From: Candidatus Eiseniibacteriota bacterium
Lineage (GTDB): Bacteria; Eisenbacteria; RBG-16-71-46; JABDJR01
NCBI GenBank assembly: GCA_963783375.1
Contig: CAWANH010000028.1
Span: 672,001 to 736,000 of the forward strand
Length of the DNA stretch: 64,000 nucleotides
Reading direction: 5' to 3'
The notes under the pieces: generated by a model
The model's input: the letters and a program-made list of their open reading frames with translations, nothing else
What the model was told of the DNA's origin: nothing
Databases searched by the model: none
Program-made: the position numbers and the translations under genes
Part shown: in pieces, positions 18,326 through 26,283 of the stretch
Layout of the letters: each line of letters opens with the position of its first letter
Position numbering within the stretch: the stretch's first letter is position 1

Positions 18326-20539
18326 TCACGCCGACACCTCCGCCAGCACCGTGCCGCCGGGGAGCACGCGCGCCGCGCCGCGGCCGAGGACCAGGGTGGA
18401 CTGCGACTCCTCGATGAGGGCGGGGCCGGTGAGGGTCATCCCCGGTTCCAGGGCGCCCCGCCGGTAGACCGGGACTTCCGCCGGCCGCTCCATGTCCGGG
18501 ATCCAGGCGCGGCGGCGGCCGAAGACCGGCGCCTCGCCGCCGGGGCCGACCGGCTCGCCCGCGCGGTCGAACACGTCCACCGGCGGACCCTCGCGGCGGC
18601 AGCGCACCCGCCAGGTCACGACCTCGACCGGGACGCCCTCCACCTCGCGGCCGTAGAGGCGGACGTAGGCGGCGGCGAAAGCCTCGGCGAGCGCGCTCCG
18701 GGTGACGGAGAGGCCGGTGAGCGGCACGCGGACCTCCGCGCCCTGGCCCCGATAGCGCATGTCCACCGCCGCTTCCACCTCGATCGGACCGCTTCCCGCG
18801 CCCTCGACCGGGCCGTGGGCGATCCGCGCCAGCTCCTCCAGGATCTCCCGGGCGTCGGCTTCGTTCAGGGCACTCAGGGCCACCGTCCGCGAACGCGCGG
18901 TCTCGAAGGCCGGCGGCGCGGCCAGAAACCCGAGGGCCGATTCCACCCCGGCGTGGGCGGGAAAGAGCACCCGGGGCATGCGGAGCTGGCGGGCCACGCT
19001 CCAGGCGTGGACCGGGCCGGCCCCGCCGAAGGCCACCAGGACGTGCGCGCCCAGGTCCAGCCCGCGCTCGGCGGCGTGAACCCGGGCGGCCTCGGCCATG
19101 TTGCTCCCGACCAGGAGGTGCACGCCGTGGGCCGCTTCCGCCGGATCCATGTTCAACGGGTCGGCCACGTCGCGGCGGATCGCCTCGCGGGCGGCGTCGA
19201 CGTCCAGCGCCATGGCTCCGCCCAGGAAGTACGCAGGGTTCAATAGGCCCAGGACCAGGTCCGCGTCGGTCACCGTGGCGCGCCCGCCGCCGCGCCCGTA
19301 GCAAGCCGGACCGGGGTCGGCCCCGGCGCTTTCCGGACCGACGGTGAGCGTCCCCAGCGGACCGCGCCCGGCGGTGCTCCCTCCTCCGGCGCCGATCTCG
19401 ACCAGGTCCAGCGCGGGAACCAACAGCGGGAGCCCGCTCCCCCGCTTGTAGAACCGGCGGCGATCCACCTCGAAGGTGGAGCGGGTGCGAGGACCGTGCT
19501 CGTCCAGGAAGGCGATCTTGGCCGTGGTCCCGCCCATGTCGAGGGAGAGAAGCCGCGTCTCGCTCAAACCCGCGCCGATCCGCGCCGCGGCCATCACCCC
19601 CCCTGCCGGACCCGACTCGACAATGCGGATGGGGAGCGCGGCTGCGGTCTCCGGGGTGGTGATGCCGCCGTCGCTCAGCATGATGTGGAGGACGGGGGCG
19701 GCGCCCGGCTCCGCGTCCCGCGCCTCCGGTCCCTGCGCTTCCGCCCGCCCGCCCGAGGCTCCGCCGCCCGCGTTCCCCGCCACCTTCCCCAACCCGGCTT
19801 CGAGCCGCGTGAGGTATCCCTCGGCCACCGGACGCACGTAGGCGTTGGCCACGGTGGTGGAGGTGCGCTCGTACTCGCGGATCTCCGGAGCCACCGCGCT
19901 CGAGAGCGACACCGGCGCATCCGGGAAGTGCTTCCGGAGGATCGCTTCCGCCCGGCGCTCGTGGTCGCCGTTCGCGTAGGCGTGGAGGAAGACGATCGCC
20001 CAGGATTCGATGCGCCCGCCGGGAGCGCTCCCGCCGGCCGGCGTCGTTGTCGTTCCCGCCGGGTTTCCGCCGTCGGCGCCGGACACCCCCCCACCGGCCG
20101 GCCCCGCCAGCAGCCGCTCCAGCCCCGCCTCGTCGAGCGGCGTCACCACCGCGCCGGTCTCGTCCACCCGCTCGATGCCCTCGAACCGGCGGCGCCTCGG
20201 CACCAGGGGTTCGGGGAACTCCAGGTCCAGGTCGTAGAGGTCGTATCGCCCCTCGCGCCGGATCTCCAGCACGTCGCGGAACCCCCGGGTGGTGAGGAGC
20301 GCGGTGACCGCGCCCTTCCGCTCCACCACCGCATTGGTGACCAGGGTGGTTCCGTGGACGATTCGGGCCGGGGGCGCGCCGCCGACCGCGCCCAGGAGCG
20401 CCCGCGTACCCTCCAATACCGCGCGGACAGGGTCGTCGGGGGTGGTCAGGAGCTTGTGGGTGTGAAGCTCGCCGGTGGCCGGGTCGAAGAGCGCGAGGTC
20501 GGTGAAGGTCCCGCCGATGTCGATGCCGAGTGCCCTCAT
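18326..20539 (-). CDS. Hydantoinase A / oxoprolinase family subunit
   Basis: GIDIGGTFTD, HGTTLVTNA, ESGPAGG, DMGGTT, AGADPGPACYG. Confidence 0.93.
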   Translation of the reverse strand: MRALGIDIGGTFTDLALFDPATGELHTHKLLTTPDDPVRAVLEGTRALLGAVGGAPPARIVHGTTLVTNAVVERKGAVTALLTTRGFRDVLEIRREGRYDLYDLDLEFPEPLVPRRRRFEGIERVDETGAVVTPLDEAGLERLLAGPAGGGVSGADGGNPAGTTTTPAGGSAPGGRIESWAIVFLHAYANGDHERRAEAILRKHFPDAPVSLSSAVAPEIREYERTSTTVANAYVRPVAEGYLTRLEAGLGKVAGNAGGGASGGRAEAQGPEARDAEPGAAPVLHIMLSDGGITTPETAAALPIRIVESGPAGGVMAAARIGAGLSETRLLSLDMGGTTAKIAFLDEHGPRTRSTFEVDRRRFYKRGSGLPLLVPALDLVEIGAGGGSTAGRGPLGTLTVGPESAGADPGPACYGRGGGRATVTDADLVLGLLNPAYFLGGAMALDVDAAREAIRRDVADPLNMDPAEAAHGVHLLVGSNMAEAARVHAAERGLDLGAHVLVAFGGAGPVHAWSVARQLRMPRVLFPAHAGVESALGFLAAPPAFETARSRTVALSALNEADAREILEELARIAHGPVEGAGSGPIEVEAAVDMRYRGQGAEVRVPLTGLSVTRSALAEAFAAAYVRLYGREVEGVPVEVVTWRVRCRREGPPVDVFDRAGEPVGPGGEAPVFGRRRAWIPDMERPAEVPVYRRGALEPGMTLTGPALIEESQSTLVLGRGAARVLPGGTVLAEVSA

Positions 20540-20593
20540 GCCGTCGGATCATGAATCACGGGGCCGGGCGGGACAAGCCTTTGTGCCGGCGAA

Positions 20594-21598
20594 CTACGGC
20601 CTCACGCGCCCGTGGCGGTCCCAGTCGTCGCCGTCCCCCGCCTCGGGGCGTTCGAACCCGCCGACCCGGGAGGGCTCCTGCCCCCGTCGCGCACCGGCGA
20701 GCGCGTCCAGCTCCAGCGGCGAGAACCCGGCCTTCTGGATGGTGCGGAGCGCGTTCTTGTAGCCGTTCAGGATGGCGTCCACCTGGAGCACGCCCTCGTG
20801 AGGGAGGTGCGCGGCGGCCTGGGCGATGCTCGCCACGCCGCTTTCGTAGTACCGCCACGCAACCAGGGTGAGGTCGTTCATCATTTCGAAGAAATCGCGC
20901 GGGGCCTGGGCCAGGGAACGGATCGCGCGGAGTTTCTCCACGTCCAGCCCGTGCCGCTTCAGCATGTCCGCGGGGAGGCTGGAGCGCGGCGTCTCCCACC
21001 AGTCCAGCTCGGAGAACACGTCCATCATCTTCCGCACGATGTAGGCGAAGACGCCGGGATCGTTGGCCAGCTCCTCCACGTCCACCGGCGCCGGCACCCG
21101 GAACCGGTGGACGCCGCGCCGAGCGATCAGGATCCGCAGGAACACCCAGGCCTGGGCTCCGCCCAGCCGCCGGCCGCGGTCCACCATGGACGCCAGGTCG
21201 GGCACCGGGTGGTTCTCGGCCAGGTCGATGAGTCCTTGCTCGAGCACGATCCACGGGGTCATGGGGATCCCGAAGCGGGCCATGGTATCGGCGAGGGCGA
21301 TCTGCTCGGGGATCTTGGGGTCGGGGTGGCCGTTGTTGCAGAGACGGGCATTGTCCCGCCACGCGCGGAGCGCGAGTCGCGAGGCCTCGACGGTCGGTGC
21401 GCGACCCACGGGACGGGGAAGGTTCTGGGGGCCGTTCACCCGGAGCGACACGTACGCCGCGAAGAACGCGTCACGGCGCACCGGGTCGTCGAGCCGCCGC
21501 GCGGCATCCAAGAACGGCGTGTGGAAGTTCTCGAGCCTCCGCTCGCAGTCCCGGTACGCCTCCAGGACCTCGGGAGTGAACTCGCGGGATACCTGCAC
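20594..21598 (-). CDS. Divergent squalene/phytoene synthase-fold protein
   Basis: RBS TAAGGAG then GTG; EAYRDC...FLDAARRL...AAY, WRD, ALADTMARFGIP, LPADMLKRHGL; Asp-rich motifs degenerate. Confidence 0.65.
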   Translation of the reverse strand: MQVSREFTPEVLEAYRDCERRLENFHTPFLDAARRLDDPVRRDAFFAAYVSLRVNGPQNLPRPVGRAPTVEASRLALRAWRDNARLCNNGHPDPKIPEQIALADTMARFGIPMTPWIVLEQGLIDLAENHPVPDLASMVDRGRRLGGAQAWVFLRILIARRGVHRFRVPAPVDVEELANDPGVFAYIVRKMMDVFSELDWWETPRSSLPADMLKRHGLDVEKLRAIRSLAQAPRDFFEMMNDLTLVAWRYYESGVASIAQAAAHLPHEGVLQVDAILNGYKNALRTIQKAGFSPLELDALAGARRGQEPSRVGGFERPEAGDGDDWDRHGRVRP

Positions 21599-21848
21599 AA
21601 ATGCTCCTTACCGTCCGCGTATCGGTCTTGGACCGGTCCAAAATCATTATGGAGTAGAACCGCGCCGACGGCAATGATGTGGCTCAACAATGTGTTACGC
21701 GATCGTTTGGGTCGGGTGGGGGTCGCCGGGCGGGGATAGGGTGGAGGCGGAGCGCTGTGGTGGCTGGCCGGGCCGAAGCCCGATCACGTGCTCGTCGCGC
21801 CCCGCCTCCGGGGAACTTCCGTGGCGCCGCGAAGGAACGCGGCGGCTA

Positions 21849-22811
21849 TCAGGAGCCGCCGTGCGGGCGGCTGAAACCGATCAGGACGGTGCGGTCCACC
21901 ACGAGGAGCGTGTCCCCCGGGCTCGGCAACCCGGGTCCGGTGAGCTCGATCAGACCGCCGATCTCGCGGGACACCAGGCCCTGGGCCGACACCCAATCCG
22001 ACCAGGTGAGGTTCGGGTCGATCCCCACGTCGGTCACGATCCGGGCCGAGCCGAAGGTGCCGGCGGGGACCCGGGCCGGCTCGTGGCCGGCCACCTCGCG
22101 GGTCTGGGTCCAGGGATCGGTGAAGCTCACCCAGTTCGAGCCGGGGCGAAGCGGGTACGCGAGGGCCACGCGCGGGTCGTCGCGGAAGGTGATCGGGCCG
22201 TCGAGAGCGGGGCTCGATGCGGCGCGGCCGATGCCGGTGGCGTCGGCAACCCACCCGCCCGAGGGCCCCGCGGCGGTCAACGCCCGCTTCAGCTCCAGAA
22301 CCGATCCAAAGGTGCGGGAGCCCACGTGGTACGTCACCCGGTCCTCGGTCCGGATGCCCGGGGCCGGGGTAGCGAGGGAGCCATAGCCTCGATAGGCGAT
22401 CTCCGTGAGGGCGGAGCGGTCCTGGTGGTAATAGGTCTCGGTCGTGTACTCGCTGGTCACCCCGCCTTCCTGGATTTCCAGGCCGTAGGTGACGAGCCCG
22501 TAGGCGGTGGTGGAGCCGAGGTCCACCTCCCCCAGCGCCTCGACCCGGATGGAGTCGGTCACGGATTGCTGGACCGAGCCGTCGGCGGGGTCGATCACCT
22601 CGAAGGTGCGGAGGTAGGACCAGGTCCAGCCGGCTTCGAGCGGGTAGTGCCCCTTCCCGACTCGGTCGGCGCCGGATTCGCCGGGGGTGAGCACGATGTC
22701 GGTCCCGAAGACGGGCGTGGTGGGTTCGTCTCCCCCGCAGCCGCCCAGGGCGATAGCCGCCATGGCGACGAGGGGCGCGAGCGGGGTGGACGTGGACAAC
22801 CAGCGTCTCAT
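21849..22811 (-). CDS. Hypothetical lipoprotein
   Basis: Lipobox LGGC; YPLEAGWTWSY and VPAGTF beta-rich motifs. Confidence 0.75.
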   Translation of the reverse strand: MRRWLSTSTPLAPLVAMAAIALGGCGGDEPTTPVFGTDIVLTPGESGADRVGKGHYPLEAGWTWSYLRTFEVIDPADGSVQQSVTDSIRVEALGEVDLGSTTAYGLVTYGLEIQEGGVTSEYTTETYYHQDRSALTEIAYRGYGSLATPAPGIRTEDRVTYHVGSRTFGSVLELKRALTAAGPSGGWVADATGIGRAASSPALDGPITFRDDPRVALAYPLRPGSNWVSFTDPWTQTREVAGHEPARVPAGTFGSARIVTDVGIDPNLTWSDWVSAQGLVSREIGGLIELTGPGLPSPGDTLLVVDRTVLIGFSRPHGGS

Positions 22812-23111
22812 GCTGCTGTTCCTCCCTGGCGCGCGCGTGGCCGAGGCAGGCGCCGGCCGGCCCGTGGGGGACGGGCATACACGCACAGTATATGTTTTTG
22901 GCCCCGCATTTCATACCCCTATGTGTGGGGAGAGTTCCCTCGCCGGTCCAAGGTCTCTCCCAGCCGCCCCGGCCGCCCGGCCAAAGCGGTGTAGGTGGCG
23001 AGGAGCGCAAGGGCTACAATCCACCCCGCGCCGATTCGAACGCCCGGCGCCGCCCGGAGCCGGCTCCGGAGCGCCGCCACCCACGACCTGACGCTCAGCG
23101 CGGGATACGGG

Positions 23112-23909
23112 ATGAAGAAGAGAGCGAACAGAACCACTGCGGCGGCCGGGCCCGGCCCGGCCGGGCCCTTCTGCGCCGCGAACCCGGCGAAGGCGGGGGA
23201 GGCCGGCCCAGGCGCGGCCACGGCGAGCGCCACCGTCGCCAGCGCACGCGCCAACGCCCGCTCCCGCCGGTGGTTCGGGTTCTTCCTGGATCATCCCTGG
23301 GTGGAGCCGGTGATCTTCGTGGTCCTGGCCCTCATCTTCGAGTGGGTGGTGGACCCGGTGGCCCCGCACTGGGTCGAGGCGGTATACCTGGCCATCGTGG
23401 TCCTGATCCCGCTGGCCTCGAACATCCTCCACCGCGACCGCCCGCGCGCCCTGGGCTTCCGCTTCGACAACTTCCTCCGCTCGGCCCGGTCGGTGGGCCC
23501 GGCCAGCCTGGCCGCCCTGGCGGTGATCGTGGCGGTGAGCTATTGGAGCGGCCACGGCGTGAACCTGGGCGCGCGCTTCCGCGAGTCGGTCTGGACCTAC
23601 CCCCTCTGGGGGATGGCCCAGCAGTGGGCGCTCCAGGGCTTCGTCCACCGGCGGCTCTGCGACACCTGGCACCGCCCGCAGCTCTCGGCGATCACCTCGG
23701 CGTTGCTGTTCGGCGCCCTCCACTATCCCAACCCCGTTCTGGTCGTCTTCACCGTGGTCGGAGGCTACATCTGGTGCCTCCTCTACCAGCGCGAGCAGAA
23801 CCTCTTCACCCTGGCGCTGTCGCACGGGTGGCTGGCCGCGGTGGCGCTGGTGGGGCTCCCCCCGGCATGGATCCACGGGCTTCGGGTGGGGCCGGAGTTC
23901 TGGGGGTAG
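23112..23909 (+). CDS. CPBP/CAAX intramembrane protease family protein (QQ variant)
   Basis: AQQWALQGF, FGALHYPN, LSHG; start uncertain. Confidence 0.75.
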   Translation: MKKRANRTTAAAGPGPAGPFCAANPAKAGEAGPGAATASATVASARANARSRRWFGFFLDHPWVEPVIFVVLALIFEWVVDPVAPHWVEAVYLAIVVLIPLASNILHRDRPRALGFRFDNFLRSARSVGPASLAALAVIVAVSYWSGHGVNLGARFRESVWTYPLWGMAQQWALQGFVHRRLCDTWHRPQLSAITSALLFGALHYPNPVLVVFTVVGGYIWCLLYQREQNLFTLALSHGWLAAVALVGLPPAWIHGLRVGPEFWG

Positions 23910-23912
23910 GAA

Positions 23913-24875
23913 GTGGATCGCGCGGAGGTGGGGTTCGGGGGGCCGGGGGGCGAAGGCGCGTTGTCCGGCGCCCCGGTGCCCGCCGTCCGAGGCCATGGCC
24001 TCCGCTACATGCTCCTGACCGCGTTCTTCTTCAGCCTCATGAGCCTCACCGTGAAGCTCGCCGGGCGCACCCTTCCGACCGGTGAGATCGTCTTCGCCCG
24101 CTGCCTGTTCAGCCTGATCGTGACCTGGGGCATGCTCCGGAGAGTGCGGGTTTCGGTCTGGGGCCGGCGGAAGGGGCTGCTGCTCCTGCGCGGGCTGACG
24201 GGGTTCGGCGGGCTGATGTGCTTCTTCTACGCGATCAGCCGGCTCCCGCTCGCGGATACCACGGTGATCCAGTACACGAACCCGGTCTTCACGGCGGTCC
24301 TGGCGGGGCTGTTCCTGGCCGAGCGCACGGAGCGCAAGGACCTGCTGGGCCTGGTGCTGAGCATGGCGGGGGTGGTCCTGGTGGCCCGGCCGTCGTTCCT
24401 GTTCGGAGGGTTCACCGCGGGCTTGAACCTGGCCGCGGTGGGGGTGGCGCTCCTGGGCGCGATCTTCGCCGCGTCGGCCTACACCGTGGTCCGGAAGCTC
24501 GGCGAGACCGAGCACGAGCTGGTGATCGTCATGTCGTTCCCGCTCGTGGCCACCCCAATGGCGGTCCCGTTCATGATGGCTGATGTCCGAATGCCATCCC
24601 CGGTCGGCTGGCTATTGTTACTGGCTGTCGGAATCTTTGCCCAACTCGGACAGATCTTTCTCACCAAGGGACTTCGCGCCGAGCGCGCCGGCCGCGCCAT
24701 GACCATGAGCTACGTCCAGATCGTCTTCGCCGCGCTCTGGGGCGTGTTCTTTTTCGGGGAAATTCCGGGACCGTTGAGTATTCTTGGAGCGCTTCTGGTG
24801 GTGGCGGGGACGCTGGCGGTGTCGGGCGGCCGAAGGGCTGTGCAGAGACCCTCTGTCGTACCAGGCGGGAGGTGA
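23913..24875 (+). CDS. DMT/EamA family transporter
   Basis: 10 TM; LRGLTG, LPLADTTVIQYTNPVF, FFGEIP. Confidence 0.9.
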   Translation: MDRAEVGFGGPGGEGALSGAPVPAVRGHGLRYMLLTAFFFSLMSLTVKLAGRTLPTGEIVFARCLFSLIVTWGMLRRVRVSVWGRRKGLLLLRGLTGFGGLMCFFYAISRLPLADTTVIQYTNPVFTAVLAGLFLAERTERKDLLGLVLSMAGVVLVARPSFLFGGFTAGLNLAAVGVALLGAIFAASAYTVVRKLGETEHELVIVMSFPLVATPMAVPFMMADVRMPSPVGWLLLLAVGIFAQLGQIFLTKGLRAERAGRAMTMSYVQIVFAALWGVFFFGEIPGPLSILGALLVVAGTLAVSGGRRAVQRPSVVPGGR

Positions 24876-24878
24876 CGC

Positions 24879-25496
24879 TTGAAAGAACACGATGACCCGA
24901 TACTCGTTGGAATGCGTGAACGGCCGACTGAAGAACTGCAGGGGATTTGCCGAGTCGCTGATACCGGGACTTGGTCGACGCTTGCTTTAGCTGCGGCCAG
25001 AAGGGTTCTAGAGGAACGCGGAGAACATCCGTCTATGCCTGAGAAAGCGGAAGCAGACCGACAGGTCGAAGAGGGATCCGAGCAGGACGTCGAGGAGATC
25101 CTCCCCGGTTATCCCGGACTGGCCCGTCGTTACCTTGCCACCGCGATCGACGGTCTACTCCTGATCGCCGCCTTCTTCGCAGTTTCCGCCCTCATCCAAA
25201 CCGAGACGCTTACCGCCCTACGCGTTGGTATGGTGGTCAGCCTGTTCCTGATTTACGAACCCCTCTGCACCAGCAGGTTGTGTACCTGCGGCCAGCTGAT
25301 AGCCGGGGTCCGGATTCGCACGGATGACCAACTCGCCCGCATAACAGTCTTGCGTGCTTACGTCCGCATCATTGCCAAAGCTCTACTCGGGTGGCTCTCG
25401 TTCGTTACGATCGGGTTCAGCGATCGCCGAAGGGCAATCCACGACATCACCGCTGGATCGGTGGTAGTGAACGCCTCCGGTGTCCGCAACGCCTAG
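24879..25496 (+). CDS. RDD family protein
   Basis: RRYLATAID, TCGQLIAGVRI, RRAIHDITAGSVVV. Confidence 0.8.
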   Translation: MKEHDDPILVGMRERPTEELQGICRVADTGTWSTLALAAARRVLEERGEHPSMPEKAEADRQVEEGSEQDVEEILPGYPGLARRYLATAIDGLLLIAAFFAVSALIQTETLTALRVGMVVSLFLIYEPLCTSRLCTCGQLIAGVRIRTDDQLARITVLRAYVRIIAKALLGWLSFVTIGFSDRRRAIHDITAGSVVVNASGVRNA

Positions 25497-25798
25497 CTTG
25501 CCTCGCGATACCGCCCGACCTGCCGCTCGATCTTATCCTGCAGGCGGTCGCTCTCGACGTCGAGATCGTAGTCCATCTGGAGACCGAGCCAAAACTCCGG
25601 AGACATCTGAAAGTAGTGAGCCAAGCGGAGCGCCGTGTCCGCCGTCAATCGGCGCTTTCCGAGTACGATCTCGTTGATACGACGGGGGGGAACGCCGAGG
25701 TTCCGCGCCAGCTCGTTCTGGCTGAGATTCATCGGTCGGAGAAAGTCCTCCATGAGGATCTCCCCGGGGTGGACAGGTTCCATCTTCTTCTTGGCCAT
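25493..25798 (-). CDS. higA: HigA family antitoxin
   Basis: PVHPGEILMEDFL...INEIVLGKRRLTADTALRL...FWLGLQMDYDL. Confidence 0.95.
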   Translation of the reverse strand: MAKKKMEPVHPGEILMEDFLRPMNLSQNELARNLGVPPRRINEIVLGKRRLTADTALRLAHYFQMSPEFWLGLQMDYDLDVESDRLQDKIERQVGRYREAS

Positions 25799-25806
25799 GC
25801 TCTCAC

Positions 25807-26088
25807 CTAGTGGTAATCGACGATCTCCACGTCAAAGGCGTCCTCATCACGCCAGACGAAGCAGATACGGTACCGGTCGTTGATCCGGATGCTGTACTGA
25901 CCTTCGCGGTCCCCTTTCAGTCGCTCCAGCCGGTTGGCGGGAGGAACCCGCAGATCCTGCAATGTCCGGACGCGGTTCAGCATCCTGAGCTTCCGCAGGG
26001 CTACACGCTGCAGGGACGCCGGGAGGCTCTTGGCTCTCTCGCGATGAAACAGCCGCTCGGTCTCCTTGGTCTTGAAGCTCCGAATCAC
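25807..26088 (-). CDS. higB: HigB (RelE-family) toxin
   Basis: IRSFK...RKLRML...DLRVPPANRLERLKGDREGQYSIRINDRYRICF...VDYH. Confidence 0.95.
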   Translation of the reverse strand: MIRSFKTKETERLFHRERAKSLPASLQRVALRKLRMLNRVRTLQDLRVPPANRLERLKGDREGQYSIRINDRYRICFVWRDEDAFDVEIVDYH

Positions 26089-26094
26089 AGTCAG

Positions 26095-26123
26095 AGTCTA
26101 TAACGCGTAACGTTATGCGTCAA
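26095..26123 (-). promoter_or_regulatory. higBA promoter with operator palindrome
   Basis: Minus strand TTGACG-N17-TAGACT; inverted repeat ATAACG-N5-CGTTAT (26100-26116) over the spacer. Confidence 0.75.
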
Positions 26124-26283
26124 GCGCCAAGCCCGCCAAGCCGTGGAAGCGTCGGGCAGTTCCCCCAATCTGCTATCCTCACCTCCCCCGGGGGGCGGGG
26201 CGCTGCCGAAGGGCGCCTGGGCTTGTACGCCCCTCCGGGGATCTTAACTCGCGCATTCACCTCGACTTGACGCACCGGTAAAG

